DNA of 64,000 nucleotides from NCBI GenBank assembly GCA_963721455.1, contig CAVRJG010000044.1, positions 32,001 to 96,000 on the forward strand. The letters run 5' to 3'. The notes under the pieces are model-generated. The model was given only the letters and a program-made list of their open reading frames with translations, ran no database searches and had not been told where the DNA came from. Below, one piece after another: positions 39,605 to 50,843 of this stretch. Position numbers and translations under genes: made by a program. Origin of the DNA: an uncultured Methanosarcinaceae archaeon (GTDB taxonomy: Archaea; Halobacteriota; Methanosarcinia; Methanosarcinales; Methanosarcinaceae). Position 1 is the first letter of the stretch, and each line of letters begins with the position of its first letter.

Positions 39605-40948
39605 TCAGTCCACATCTTCAAACTTAAGGTCAAGTTTTCTGTGGGTATAGGGTTTTGCATTATCTCCTGCATAGTCTGCAACAACCTGCCCTTTGCCCAT
39701 AAGGATATACTTATAAATCAGCAGCCCTTCCATCCCCACAGGCCCGCGGGAATGGATCTTGTTTGTGCTGATTCCAACTTCAGCACCTTTTCCGTAACGA
39801 TAGCCGTCCGCAAAACGAGTTGAGGCATTTACCATGACACTCGAAGAGTCAACAAGCCCTATGAACTCTTTTCTCCTTGAGGCATTTTCAGTAATTATCC
39901 CATCGGTGTGGTGGGAACCGAAAGTGTTTATGTGTTCAATGGCTTCCTTTATGACATCAACAAGCTTTATGGAAAGGATAAGATCATTGTATTCAAGGCT
40001 CCAGTCCTCTTCAGTAGCCTTCGCAAGAGGAGAAAGTCCTCTTTTTGCAAGCAGGGTATAGCTGTCCTCATCACAGCGCAGTTCAACCCCTGCCCCAATA
40101 TACATTTCTGCCATCTTCGGCAGGAAAGCATCTGCAATCGTGCGGTTCACGAGGAGGGTTTCGATGGCATTGCATACGGCAGGGTACTGCACTTTGGCAT
40201 CGAAGCAAACTTTCCAGGCCGTATCGAGATCCGCATACTCGTCCACGTAGATATGGCAGATCCCGCTAGTGTGTCCGAGTACCGGGATTTTCGTATTGTC
40301 CTGGATAAACTTAACAAACTCATTTGAGCCCCGGGGGATAAGGAGGTCTACGTAGGCGTCAAGACTCAAAAGGTCCATTATCTCCTCTCTGGTTTCCATA
40401 AGCTGGAACGCGCCGGCTGGCATGCCGTCTGTGGATTCAATGGCTTTTACAAGAATATTGAAAATTGCGCGGTTTGACTCTCTTGCCTCGCTCCCGCCTT
40501 TGAAAATGGTCGCATTTCCACTCTTCAGGCAAAGGGACATAACCTGAGGCACTACGTCAGGCCGGGATTCGAAAATAACCCCTATAAGGCCGATTGGACA
40601 GCTTACCTGGTAGAGGATAAGGTCTTTGTCCAGTTCAAGAGTAGAGAGGGTATCTCCTACAGGGTCCCTGAGCTTAACTACATCTCTGATTCCTGCGATC
40701 ATTCCATCGACTTTCGAGTCGCTCACCTTAAGCCTGTCTACAAGGGCCTGAGTGAGCTTCCCTTTTTTTTTCAGTTCCGCTGCGTATTCCAGATCCTTTG
40801 AATTTGCATCCAGAATAGCTTTCCTCTCTTTGTCCAGAGCGCTAGCCATAGCCTCAAGTGCTCGGTTTTTTACTTCCGTACTCACACTGGAAAGCTCAAT
40901 TGACGCTTTTTTTGCCTTTATTACTTTGGTTCTGATATCTTCAGCCAT
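39605..40948 (-). CDS. proA: Gamma-glutamyl phosphate reductase
   Basis: FESRPDV, CNAIETLLV, NASTRFADG, HSRGPVG. Confidence 0.96.
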   Translation of the reverse strand: MAEDIRTKVIKAKKASIELSSVSTEVKNRALEAMASALDKERKAILDANSKDLEYAAELKKKGKLTQALVDRLKVSDSKVDGMIAGIRDVVKLRDPVGDTLSTLELDKDLILYQVSCPIGLIGVIFESRPDVVPQVMSLCLKSGNATIFKGGSEARESNRAIFNILVKAIESTDGMPAGAFQLMETREEIMDLLSLDAYVDLLIPRGSNEFVKFIQDNTKIPVLGHTSGICHIYVDEYADLDTAWKVCFDAKVQYPAVCNAIETLLVNRTIADAFLPKMAEMYIGAGVELRCDEDSYTLLAKRGLSPLAKATEEDWSLEYNDLILSIKLVDVIKEAIEHINTFGSHHTDGIITENASRRKEFIGLVDSSSVMVNASTRFADGYRYGKGAEVGISTNKIHSRGPVGMEGLLIYKYILMGKGQVVADYAGDNAKPYTHRKLDLKFEDVD

Positions 40949-41906
40949 ATGATCACCGTCTTATGTGACAACCTTTAAATGCTCCAATTCGGTAGCTGAA
41001 CAGCCAAACTTGTTAATTGTATCAATTAATTTACAGGAGATTTGGTATTAATTCGGTACCGGGATATAAGTAATGAGCTTTATTATTGAATTATAGTATT
41101 GAAATCAAACCAGGTATGGAAATCAAAATAAAGATCAATTTATCTTTAAATATTCAGGGATATACTCATAATTCGAAAGAGGTATTAATTCTTCCCGCTA
41201 AATTTAGAAAGTAGGTATGGACGAAAAAAAGAGTACAGACAGTTCTGCAATATCTTTTTTTGTACACTGTTTCGGTATATGATACAGCAAGGTTCTAAAT
41301 AAAAGATACCATTTAATTGAATAATTTTTTAGCCGAAGTGCTATAACCGGACAGGAAAAACTCCAGCTAATTTTATCTGGTTGATATATTCCTGTAGCGC
41401 AAATTTTGTTTAAACATCTTCTCTTTTGAAATTTACCGGAGTTACGGCCTTTAATCCCATTTAAATCGGTTATTAATAATGCAATCTTACGAAATTAGCT
41501 TCTCTAGTTGAGATCATTATAGGAAAATATAATTCAGTTAAAAATTAAACAAAAGGGAGGATCAAAAAGTGTTCATAAAAATAAGATATTATTTCAAAAC
41601 GAATATATATACGATGAATATAACTATAGAATACGCTACTCCATTATCTGGAAGCGAATACTACATCTGAAAAAAGAAATTGCAAGGCACCCTTATAATT
41701 TTTGAAGACCTTTTGCATAAGAGAAAAGATAAATAAGATTTTACGGCCCGGAGACCAGACCATCTGCAGCACCGTAAAAGCTGTTAAGATGCCACTTATG
41801 TTCTGAAAGCCCAGGTCGTCCAGCATCTCTTATACACAAAGATTATTATAGGGGTAGATCTATATCGAAATGGGGATAACTTCAGTATATTGGTGGTGTG
41901 TAAAAA

Positions 41907-42323
41907 ATGAAATCATTCGCATTAGTCCGGGCAGACGACTCGGATAAAGTAAAAATAGCATTACATGATCTGGAACGATATGGACATATTCAATTTTCAG
42001 CAACTCCAAAGTGCATAGAACCAAACTATGCTGATGAGCTTCTTGTTAGTGTAATGGGCGTATCCCTCAAGTCAAAATGTAACTCTGCAGCACTGGTTGA
42101 ATTGAATAATCACGCAGGGGCGGCAATTAGCAGGCTGAAGAAAATTCATCCTCCTGCTCATATAATTATTATCAGTCCAAGACACAAAATGTTTGAAGAA
42201 CTGGCTGGCAAGTTTCCAAAATATCCAGAATTTGACCGGACATTCAATCACCAAAAAGGCCCACAAAGTATGGAAATAATTCAGGAGAAAGGGGAACCTT
42301 CCAATCCCATGCACAAAGAATAA
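41907..42323 (+). CDS. DUF356 family protein
   Basis: ALVRADD...LHDLERY...IHPPAHIIIIS. Confidence 0.75.
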   Translation: MKSFALVRADDSDKVKIALHDLERYGHIQFSATPKCIEPNYADELLVSVMGVSLKSKCNSAALVELNNHAGAAISRLKKIHPPAHIIIISPRHKMFEELAGKFPKYPEFDRTFNHQKGPQSMEIIQEKGEPSNPMHKE

Positions 42324-42495
42324 AATTTCTTCGCGAATTATTAACATTCATTCTTTAACTTTTTCTTTTTTGTATTGGATAAAAAAGAGAGTTAACTTAT
42401 TATCTGCTTTTCTGTATCTCTTTCTGTGTCTTTTAAAAAGTGTTTCATTTCTTATTTTAGTTAAGTCCCTGAAGATGAGCTTTCGAACCTGACCT

Positions 42496-42939
42496 CTATG
42501 GTAGGTCCTGCTCAAAGCAGGAACCGGTCTTTAATCTCAGCCTGGAAACGTAAGTATACAGGCTTTCCACGTCTTTAATCTCTTTTTGAGATATAAGCCT
42601 CAGTTTATTCCGGATCTGAAGCTCGGGTTTCAGGCCAAAGTTTCCGAAATATTCTGAAAGCTTTACAGCCAGCAGTTCGCCCCGCCTGTCCCAATCTGTT
42701 AATATAACTACTTCACTGCCAAGTCCGGCAATTTTCTCTGAGAAATTAAAAAGAGAGTGTCTGGTTGCAAGTTCAAAATTGCCTTCGATCCCGAGCCTTT
42801 TAAGTGAGAGAATATCTCTTTTTCCTTCCACAATGATAATTGCTCCCCTTCCTGAATACTCTGAAAGCTCGGAGAGCAGCTCTTCAACTCTTTCAAGCCT
42901 TTTTCGGTAAATATCAAGATCGACCACGTTGTTCTGCAA
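42496..42939 (-). CDS. Small Toprim domain protein
   Basis: IIVEGKRD...ILTDWDRRG. Confidence 0.88.
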   Translation of the reverse strand: MQNNVVDLDIYRKRLERVEELLSELSEYSGRGAIIIVEGKRDILSLKRLGIEGNFELATRHSLFNFSEKIAGLGSEVVILTDWDRRGELLAVKLSEYFGNFGLKPELQIRNKLRLISQKEIKDVESLYTYVSRLRLKTGSCFEQDLP

Positions 42940-43067
42940 CCTTTGTTTAATTATAATTTTAAGGAGTCTTAATGAAACCGCAACTTTACTTCTGGAGAGC
43001 CGGAAAACTACTCTTTAAATTAGGTCCTTTATTAAAATCCTGTATTTCCTTTATTAAAATCCTGTAT

Positions 43068-43385
43068 TTATGTCTTTAAATGGGCTCCAAAAATCGAAAC
43101 TGCCTGCTTATACGAAATTCCTTTTATCAGTAAGGACTTCTTACTGCTTGTTGCTCCGCTGCTTATAAGAATGTTCGAGCTGCTGATTCCGAAGAGTTCG
43201 GCAAGGCATTCTACCAATTGTTCGTTTGCCTTTCCCTTCTGGGCATTTTTGGTCAGCTTCACTTCAATTCTCTTACGCCATTCATTATAACCGCTCGGGA
43301 CCGAGACTGACCTGGAACCGGGCGTGACCTCGATATCAACAATAATAGCGGATCCCAGGTCTTTAATTGCCTCTTCGAAGGACAT
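43068..43385 (-). CDS. DUF167 (YggU-like) protein
   Basis: KGKANEQL...SGATSSKK. Confidence 0.88.
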   Translation of the reverse strand: MSFEEAIKDLGSAIIVDIEVTPGSRSVSVPSGYNEWRKRIEVKLTKNAQKGKANEQLVECLAELFGISSSNILISSGATSSKKSLLIKGISYKQAVSIFGAHLKT

Positions 43386-43550
43386 ATGTTTTATCTTTTC
43401 GGAGGTATTCTATAAATCAATAACGAATTAACCTGTTAGAGTAAAGGAATAATCGGAAATAGTGAGAAGGTGATCAGGCTTCAAATAAGAAATTTGACAT
43501 ATATTGGCCAGGAAACTGGTATAAAAGTTTTTGAAAATAGGAAAGAATAG

Positions 43551-43726
43551 TGCTGTAGCCCGGACGCACTAACTCCGAAAGCTCATCCTCTGGTTTTCCG
43601 CAGTCACTTTCAGTTACCCTCGTGCCGGGCATATATCACACTATTGATGTACCGCATTGGGGTTGTCTGTACACTCACAGTCAGGGTTTCCCATTATCTC
43701 GTGCAAGGACCTATACAATGCGACGG
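43551..43726 (-). ncRNA. Candidate two-hairpin H/ACA guide sRNA
   Basis: Hairpin 1 CGCATTG...CAATGCG then ACA; hairpin 2 GCCCGG...CCGGGC then ACA-GCA; GA/UGA K-turn-like elements; TTTATATA box about 25 nt upstream; T-rich tail. Confidence 0.6.
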
Positions 43727-44008
43727 AATGATAAATATCATTACTAATATATAAAAATAATGGTAAACAATGGATTCACTATATTGCGTATATATGTATA
43801 AATCAGGATTATATTCAAGACCCACCTCCCCTGAGAAGAAATATTAAGAAGAGATTCAATTTATAAGGGAAATACTCGAACAATCCTACATCCTCAAAAA
43901 GATTGTCGCAATATAAAAAAATCTAAAGGAAAAGTTATATATTATGCATATGTTTGCTCTTCCGTAAATTGAGCACAGGTATTTGATGAATAGCAGAGGT
44001 GCGTATAT

Positions 44009-45118
44009 ATGTACAGCACTGAACAGGTAATTCCCGGAACGATTATTGCAGGCCCCGAGCTGGAACCCATTGAGGGATATATCTGCGTAAATAAAGGAAT
44101 AATCACGGAGATTGGAGAGGAGCGTACATATTCCAGCAACATAATAGCTCCCTGCTTTGTCAATGCCCATACTCACCTCGGAGATTCGGTATTTAAAGAC
44201 CCTCCTCTTGGAAAAATTTCCGGCTTTCGGATTCAGAGGGATCTGGATTCTCTTGTAAAACCTCCTGATGGATTAAAACATAAGATTCTGAGAGAAACGT
44301 CATATAAAACCCTGATCGAATGCATGAGAAGCTCTCTGCTGGATATGATCGAAACCGGGACATATGCTTTTGCGGATTTTAGAGAAGGAGGAGTTTTAGG
44401 AGTTGCAGCCCTGAATAAAGCTCTTGAAGGACTAAAACTTTATTCCATGGTACTGGGTAGGCCCGCTGAACCTGAATTGCCCTCTCTGGCAGTACTGGCT
44501 GAAGTAAGAAGAATTCTTCTGCGGTGCAACGGACTTGGAATGAGCGGGACAAATGACCTTGATCTTGAACTGTTGGAGGAGATCGTCACCTGTACCCGGC
44601 ATTGCAAAAAATTTTTTGCAATTCATACAGGAGAAAAAGATAGAAGCGACATAGAAAAGGCACTGTCCCTTGAGCCGGATCTGCTTATTCATTTGACAAA
44701 TGCTACAAAAAGGGATCTTGAATCCGTGGCAGATGCAGGAATTCCAGTTGTCGTCTGTCCCAGGTCTAATTTTATCACAGGGGCCGGAATGGCACCTATT
44801 GCCGAGATGCTGGAGGCTGGAATAAGGGTAGCTGCAGGAACGGATAATGTAATGTTAAATTCTGTAAATATGTTTTCTGAAATGGAATTTATGTCTAAGG
44901 TTTTTTCAATTGATGATAGGCAAGTATTTAAAATTTGCACACTTAATGGGTCTTTTGTAACGGGGCCTGATTCCACGGGTTCGATAAAAAAGGGGAATAA
45001 AGCTAATCTTATGATCCTGAATGGAAGTTCGAATAATCTTGCAGGGATAAAGAACCCCATAAGTGGAATCACAAGACGGGCAAGACCCGATGACATACTA
45101 TCGGTACTTCATTCGTAA
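44009..45118 (+). CDS. Amidohydrolase family protein
   Basis: NAHTHLGD, AIHTGE, CPRSN, GTDN. Confidence 0.9.
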   Translation: MYSTEQVIPGTIIAGPELEPIEGYICVNKGIITEIGEERTYSSNIIAPCFVNAHTHLGDSVFKDPPLGKISGFRIQRDLDSLVKPPDGLKHKILRETSYKTLIECMRSSLLDMIETGTYAFADFREGGVLGVAALNKALEGLKLYSMVLGRPAEPELPSLAVLAEVRRILLRCNGLGMSGTNDLDLELLEEIVTCTRHCKKFFAIHTGEKDRSDIEKALSLEPDLLIHLTNATKRDLESVADAGIPVVVCPRSNFITGAGMAPIAEMLEAGIRVAAGTDNVMLNSVNMFSEMEFMSKVFSIDDRQVFKICTLNGSFVTGPDSTGSIKKGNKANLMILNGSSNNLAGIKNPISGITRRARPDDILSVLHS

Positions 45119-45137
45119 AGCAAATGGAGAACAAAAC

Positions 45138-45590
45138 ATGACGAGCGAATTTTACCGGAACATAGTGATTGCAACAGATGGATCCGAGAATAGCAAGAGG
45201 GCCATTTCTTACGGAATTGAGATTGCAAAACTCAGCGGAGCCACGGTTCACGCTCTTTACGTGGTAGATACATCTTCATTTTCCTCGATACCGATGGACG
45301 CGGGCTGGGAAGCAATGTATGAAATCCTGAAAAAGGAGGGGGAGGAAGCAGTCTCCGAAGTTAAAGAATACGGAGAGGCCTCAGGGGTAGAGGTAAGAGA
45401 AGTCCTCTGGGAAGGGCACCCAAGCAATGAGATTATAGATTTCGCAGAGAACAATAATGCTGACCTGATAGTGATGGGCACTCTCGGCAAAACCGGACTC
45501 GACAGATTTCTAATGGGAAGCGTTGCAGAAAAAGTAGTCAGAGGCTCAAAAGTCCCGGTCCTGGTCGTCAGGAGTGAAGAACAAAGTTAA
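45138..45590 (+). CDS. Universal stress protein
   Basis: IATDGSE...IVMGTLGKTGLDRFLMGSVAEKVVR. Confidence 0.93.
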   Translation: MTSEFYRNIVIATDGSENSKRAISYGIEIAKLSGATVHALYVVDTSSFSSIPMDAGWEAMYEILKKEGEEAVSEVKEYGEASGVEVREVLWEGHPSNEIIDFAENNNADLIVMGTLGKTGLDRFLMGSVAEKVVRGSKVPVLVVRSEEQS

Positions 45591-45674
45591 GACTTTCTGT
45601 CAACTGGAAGCCTTTTGGGAAAAGAAATAAGAGAACGAAAACCAGGATTCAGAGTATACACAGGTGTAGATTAC

Positions 45675-46529
45675 ATGCCAAAAAACATCTTCATTGAAGA
45701 TATCATGGTAAGGGACGTAGCAAGCGCAACCCTTCCAGGTTCAAGGGATGAGGTTCTTAAAGTTCTTAAGAACAAACATATCTCCGGGGTTCCAGTGCTT
45801 AAAGATTCCAAAGTTGTTGGAATCGTAACCAGGACAAACCTTCTACAAAACCCTGAAGAAGAACAACTGGCTCTTCTTATGACACGGGATCCGATAACCA
45901 TATCCTCTGGATCTGATCTGCAGACCGCAGCACGCCTGCTTCTGGAACACGACATAAGAAGGCTCCCTGTAGTAGATGGAGGGAAACTTGTAGGGCTTGT
46001 TACGGTGGCAGATGTAGTGGGCACAATTGCTGACATGAACATTGATATTCCGATCAAGGCCTACGTAGAAGAGGAAGTAGTTGCCATTTACAGCGAAACA
46101 CCTTTGCCTGTCGCTGCCAGGATTATGGAACTTGCAGGAGTCAAGGCTGTCCCGGTACTTGATGCAAATCTGGAGCTCGTAGGGATAATCTCGGATCGTG
46201 ACGTTATTTCTGCCAGCATAATTGAGGATAGTGTAGAGATGTCAGATATGTCTGCAGGTAAGGACGACGACGCCTGGACCTGGGAATCAATGCGAGACAC
46301 CATGAGCATCTACTATAGTGTGTCAAGGATTAAGGTCCCCAACCTGATCGGAAGCGATATAATGATCAGGGAACCGATTACAGCTACCTATATTGCGTCG
46401 GTCAGCGACTGTGCAAGGAAGATGAAGCGAAACAGGATTGACCAGATTCCGATCATTAATTCAAACCGCAAGCTTCAGGGACTTTTGAGAGACCATGATC
46501 TCCTGAAGCCTCTGATAGAAATAGAATAA
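45675..46529 (+). CDS. CBS domain protein (four CBS repeats)
   Basis: Repeated ISGVPV / IRRLPVV / VKAVPV / IDQIPI motifs. Confidence 0.9.
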   Translation: MPKNIFIEDIMVRDVASATLPGSRDEVLKVLKNKHISGVPVLKDSKVVGIVTRTNLLQNPEEEQLALLMTRDPITISSGSDLQTAARLLLEHDIRRLPVVDGGKLVGLVTVADVVGTIADMNIDIPIKAYVEEEVVAIYSETPLPVAARIMELAGVKAVPVLDANLELVGIISDRDVISASIIEDSVEMSDMSAGKDDDAWTWESMRDTMSIYYSVSRIKVPNLIGSDIMIREPITATYIASVSDCARKMKRNRIDQIPIINSNRKLQGLLRDHDLLKPLIEIE

Positions 46530-46684
46530 TTCAGGTTAAAGTCCGCTTCCAGGAAAGTTAAACCTTTTAACGTGAAGCGAAGAAAACAGATTAATACGCA
46601 TTTAAAACCTAATCAAAAATTTCCAATCAGGAGGCGTTTTTCCGGAAGGTGCCTCCGGTAAATACTTTTTTCAGGAGCCAGAAA

Positions 46685-47374
46685 ATGGACAGGCCTTTTA
46701 TTTTTATTAATTCTGCTATGTCAGCCGACGGCAAACTCTCAACAAAGGAAAGGAAACAGGTCAGGATCTCCGGAAGACTTGATTTTGAAAGAGTGGATGA
46801 GCTCAGGGCACGGGCAGATGCAATTATGGTAGGGATAGGAACTGTCCTTTCAGATGACCCAAGCCTGACGGTAAAATCTCCGGAAAGAAAAGCTGCCAGG
46901 AAAGTCGCCGGAAAAAGCGAAAACCCTGCAAGGGTTATTGTGGACAGTGCCGCGAGAACTCCACAAGATGCTGATATTTTCAAAAAAGGAGAAGGAATAA
47001 GGATCATTGCCGTTTCAAATTCTGCACCTGCAGAAAATGTAGAAAAGCTGGAACAAAAAGCTCTTATTATCAAAACAGGGACTGAGAAAGTCGACCTTTC
47101 AGAGCTTGCAGGAAAATTAAAGGAAATGGGCATAAACAATCTTATGGTAGAAGGAGGTGCAACCCTTAACTGGGGCATGCTCTCCGCAGGTCTTGTTGAT
47201 GAAATCTACACTTTTGTAGGAAATCTTATTATAGGTGGGGCAACATCCCCAACTTTTACTGACGGAGAGGGATTTTTAGAAGCCGATCTTCTTGATCTTG
47301 AATTGCTCTCATCCGAAAAAATCGAAAATGGAGTACTCCTTAAATGGAAGGTAAAAGGTAAAAGAGAAAGGTAA
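46685..47374 (+). CDS. arfC: 2,5-diamino-6-ribosylamino-4(3H)-pyrimidinone 5'-phosphate reductase
   Basis: AMSADGK, GIGTVLSDDPSLTV, MVEGGATL. Confidence 0.9.
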   Translation: MDRPFIFINSAMSADGKLSTKERKQVRISGRLDFERVDELRARADAIMVGIGTVLSDDPSLTVKSPERKAARKVAGKSENPARVIVDSAARTPQDADIFKKGEGIRIIAVSNSAPAENVEKLEQKALIIKTGTEKVDLSELAGKLKEMGINNLMVEGGATLNWGMLSAGLVDEIYTFVGNLIIGGATSPTFTDGEGFLEADLLDLELLSSEKIENGVLLKWKVKGKRER

Positions 47375-47521
47375 AGGAAGGAAGGAAGAGATTACTTTTA
47401 ATTTCCTTTTGCCGTCAATAGTTATCCCAATTTATACTTTCCATCATTATTCGGGGATTCAGTAATTTTATAAGAGCATTTTTTTTCTTTCGTTTTAATA
47501 TCAAGTATTACGCCGTTTTCT

Positions 47522-48376
47522 TTATTTTTGATCAAATGTTTTTTCATTCAACTTCAATAGAGCGTTTATTGAAGCAAGGTACGTATAAAACATCCAATCA
47601 TACCAAACTTCTTTATCATAATCGCTTTTCTGATTTTGTTTGTGGTGGCGTATATCAAAGTTATTTATTATATTGAAAAGATCGCTATCATCACTTTTGA
47701 GTAGATATATGCCATCTTTTTTAAGACATTCTCTGAGATATTCAAGCACATCAGCAAGATTCCTTATAGCATCTCTCTTATCCTCAATTGAAGAACTATA
47801 ACGAGAAAACTTTGATTTTGCATATTGTATCTTTGAATCAATATTTTTAGGATCATTGGTTTCAACAGCATCTTCAATTAATGGTTCCAAACCTGTTGGC
47901 GGAATTTCTAAAATTTCACCATCATCAGAGAGTTTATACCCATTATTATAATCTTTGAGAATTTTGTTCATCTCATCTTTATATCTTTCTTTGCCTTTCT
48001 CTTTATCATAGTTCCAAGTGTGCCACCCACAGTTATTCCACTCATGATGTCTTCTGCTTTGTGGCTTCGAAACATAATCATAAAAAAATTCAATTAAAGT
48101 AAGTAAAGTAGCTTCATCATACTCTTTTATATTATTCTCAATTGGCCAAACATTAAGCAGACAAGTCTTTGAATATATAAAGGTTGCAACATCATCACCC
48201 CAGATGCCTGTTATCTCCCCGTCATCGACACATTCATACCCAGTTGCTTCTCGAAAATAAAACTCGCTTTTCAATCTATTATATGCGAGAAGGAATAATT
48301 TTCTAAAAACAGAAAAATCTATAGTTTGACGGTTTATAAGTCCATTTCGTTCAGCATAATATGTTTTGTCATTCAT
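47522..48376 (-). CDS. Hypothetical protein, AbiJ-like (possible antiviral defence)
   Basis: AT-rich ORF; C-terminal DAIRNLADVLEYLR...LFNIINNFDIRHH (HEPN-like RH) pattern; adjacent to an IS. Confidence 0.5.
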   Translation of the reverse strand: MNDKTYYAERNGLINRQTIDFSVFRKLFLLAYNRLKSEFYFREATGYECVDDGEITGIWGDDVATFIYSKTCLLNVWPIENNIKEYDEATLLTLIEFFYDYVSKPQSRRHHEWNNCGWHTWNYDKEKGKERYKDEMNKILKDYNNGYKLSDDGEILEIPPTGLEPLIEDAVETNDPKNIDSKIQYAKSKFSRYSSSIEDKRDAIRNLADVLEYLRECLKKDGIYLLKSDDSDLFNIINNFDIRHHKQNQKSDYDKEVWYDWMFYTYLASINALLKLNEKTFDQK

Positions 48377-48445
48377 ATCGTCACCGATGCTGTTATATAA
48401 ACTACCTTTTTATTAAAAGATTTCGTAATATTTTTATATAGATCC

Positions 48446-49724
48446 GAGGATCTCAAATTAGCTCTTAAAATCTATAATCTAATTTGACACCCGTTTCTTT
48501 AAAAGTATCTCCCAAATGAATTCTTATTTCCAACTTTATTTTGCATTTCTGTCAGCACCAGCAGTTGATATGCTATGAAACTCAATAGAGAGTAGAGTCC
48601 TCTACTCTCATTTCTCACTCTTCTGATATCGAATTTTACTGTACCCTTAATATGTCCATGTATCTTTTCACATTCAGCTCTTTGTTTATACTGTTCATCA
48701 AAAGACTCATCTCTGATGTTCTGGTTTCTCAGGTACATTCCTACCTGTTCTTTCCTTCCAATCTCATATAGAAATTTGAGCTTGTTTTCCATCGGTGCAT
48801 GAACATCTCCGCCGATTCTCCACTTTTTATTTACCCAGTGATTGATTCTTTCCTCTTCACCTTCTTGATTGATTACGGCATTTGAGGCGTAGGAGATAAT
48901 CGGTTTTGCATCCAGATGATACCAAATGTCAGAATGATTAAGGAATGAATCATAACCTCCATCTGCAGAATACAATTCGAGATCAGCGTTCATCTTCTTT
49001 AGGGCTTCAATATGGTTGAGAAGTTCTGGAGAATCACCAGCAACTCCTTTTGTATGAGTCATGAAAACAGGGTAAGTTCCAACCATTGTAATATGGGCCT
49101 TATCCATTTTGCATTCATAATGAGAATTGTAATCAGCATGTTTATCGTATCTTGAAGCTTCAAGTGGAGTGGAATCGATCTTAGCTTCCTTTTCCTCAGA
49201 AAGTTTGAGAATTTTTTCACCTAAAAGCATCATTATCTCATTGATTCCTTTATCTCCAAGCCTATACTTCACAAAATGATGAAGGGTTCCACCTGAAGGA
49301 AGTTTAATCTGACCGCTTTCATCAAAAAATGAGAGCACGATGGCTTCTTCCTCTGTTAAGGAAGAAATGGTTTTATCATATGAAAGTTTCCTGAAACATT
49401 TCACAACAAAGAGTTTTATCATAGAAGAAACACTGTATTTAAAGTGCCAACTTTTGTTGGTATAAAAAGTACGCTCGACGTGCTTTGCAATATCGTCAAT
49501 GCAGAGGAAGTACAGGAATTGGCAAATTGAAGTGCTTTCTCTGCTAAGATAGTTATCGAAGGAGTCCTCGAAGAGGACTCCTTTATATAACATACTGTTT
49601 TTCGCCATGAGAACGGCATATCTGGCATTATTTAAAGTTGCCACTATCGAATAAAGACAAGTGCCTATCAGAGTCAGTGAAAAAAGAATAGGTTTTTAAG
49701 TCAAAATTCTAATTTGAGAGCTTC
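48446..49724 (-). mobile_element. Insertion sequence (DDE, IS5/ISNCY-like)
   Basis: TIRs GAGGATCTCAAATTAG / GAAGCTCTCAAATTAG; 5-bp TSD GATCC at 48441-48445 and 49725-49729. Confidence 0.88.
48499..49644 (-). CDS. DDE transposase
   Basis: IDSTPL, ADGGYDS, YKQRAECEKIHGHIK. Confidence 0.9.
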   Translation of the reverse strand: MATLNNARYAVLMAKNSMLYKGVLFEDSFDNYLSRESTSICQFLYFLCIDDIAKHVERTFYTNKSWHFKYSVSSMIKLFVVKCFRKLSYDKTISSLTEEEAIVLSFFDESGQIKLPSGGTLHHFVKYRLGDKGINEIMMLLGEKILKLSEEKEAKIDSTPLEASRYDKHADYNSHYECKMDKAHITMVGTYPVFMTHTKGVAGDSPELLNHIEALKKMNADLELYSADGGYDSFLNHSDIWYHLDAKPIISYASNAVINQEGEEERINHWVNKKWRIGGDVHAPMENKLKFLYEIGRKEQVGMYLRNQNIRDESFDEQYKQRAECEKIHGHIKGTVKFDIRRVRNESRGLYSLLSFIAYQLLVLTEMQNKVGNKNSFGRYF

Positions 49725-50102
49725 GATCCTTATGAGTCTTAACAAAAGTTACAAAATGTCATTGGGATGTTACGTAGAGTAATTTCATGGTTCGTGCCTT
49801 GACTCAACAATACAAATTTATTATTATCCACGTATTCTTACATTATAACTAAAAGTAATTTTTATTCAACTCAAAAATGACTGTTCCTGAATAAAATATG
49901 TAAGAAATTACCGTATTAGAACAAAACGTCTCATTCTGAATATCGTTTTATCGGATTGCCAACCAAGATTTACCGTATAGGACTTACGCGGTTGAACTGA
50001 GAAATCAATAGCATTGAACTTCCAACTATCTAAAGAATAGAATAACCACAATGTATGTTATGATTAATTCTGTACCTCAAGCGCGTAAGTCCTACCGTAT
50101 TG

Positions 50103-50843
50103 TTAATCAATCTCAGGTTTAAGATTATGTTTTTCAAACCTGCCCTCACAATATACGAAGACTTCGAGCTCGCACTCGCCTTTAAGGAATTCACGCATTC
50201 TGCGGTCATATGTTCTCTGGACATGTTTCAGGCCGTTTTTTCTGAAGTGAACCATCACAGCCTCAAAAAAACCGATCATCTGTCTCAGGTAAGCTTCTTC
50301 ATAAGCCCTGGTTTCCCGGGCAATTGCTTTACACTCAGAATCCTCAAGTTCCGAATGGTAGCTTCCGTGCTCGTTTAAGCCGCTTATCTGGCGCCAGTTC
50401 ATCTTACCTGATTCATCAGCTTCCCGGTGGAGCATATAAGGATAGACCCTGCAAATTGAAGGGCGATTTTCATAAATTTTGCAGCGTTTATTATCAAGGA
50501 AAATGCAGGAGCCGTCAGGCTTTGTTTTCAGGGCATAGCCTGAGACGTAAAACCTGCCCTTCTGATCGCAAAACTCATAATAAGGGGCAGGAGCAATAAC
50601 ATCCTGATTTATTTGCCTTATGATAGCCAGGTCTGCATCGAGAAGAAAAACGTGGTCGTTAAACTCTTTAGTGCAGCAGCGTGCACAGAGTTCACACCTG
50701 AACCCCAGTTCTTTGATAATGCCTGCAAACTCAGAGTCCGGAAATTTCTTTACGCCCGCAAGTTCTTTTCGTGCGTCTGCAAGCCTGGTTTCGATATTCT
50801 CATTTTTTACGCTAATCACCTTTTTAAGAAAAGAATTCTGCAA
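50103..50843 (-). CDS. YkgJ family cysteine-cluster protein
   Basis: CELCARCC...CIFL...CKIYENRPSICRVYPY. Confidence 0.88.
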   Translation of the reverse strand: MQNSFLKKVISVKNENIETRLADARKELAGVKKFPDSEFAGIIKELGFRCELCARCCTKEFNDHVFLLDADLAIIRQINQDVIAPAPYYEFCDQKGRFYVSGYALKTKPDGSCIFLDNKRCKIYENRPSICRVYPYMLHREADESGKMNWRQISGLNEHGSYHSELEDSECKAIARETRAYEEAYLRQMIGFFEAVMVHFRKNGLKHVQRTYDRRMREFLKGECELEVFVYCEGRFEKHNLKPEID

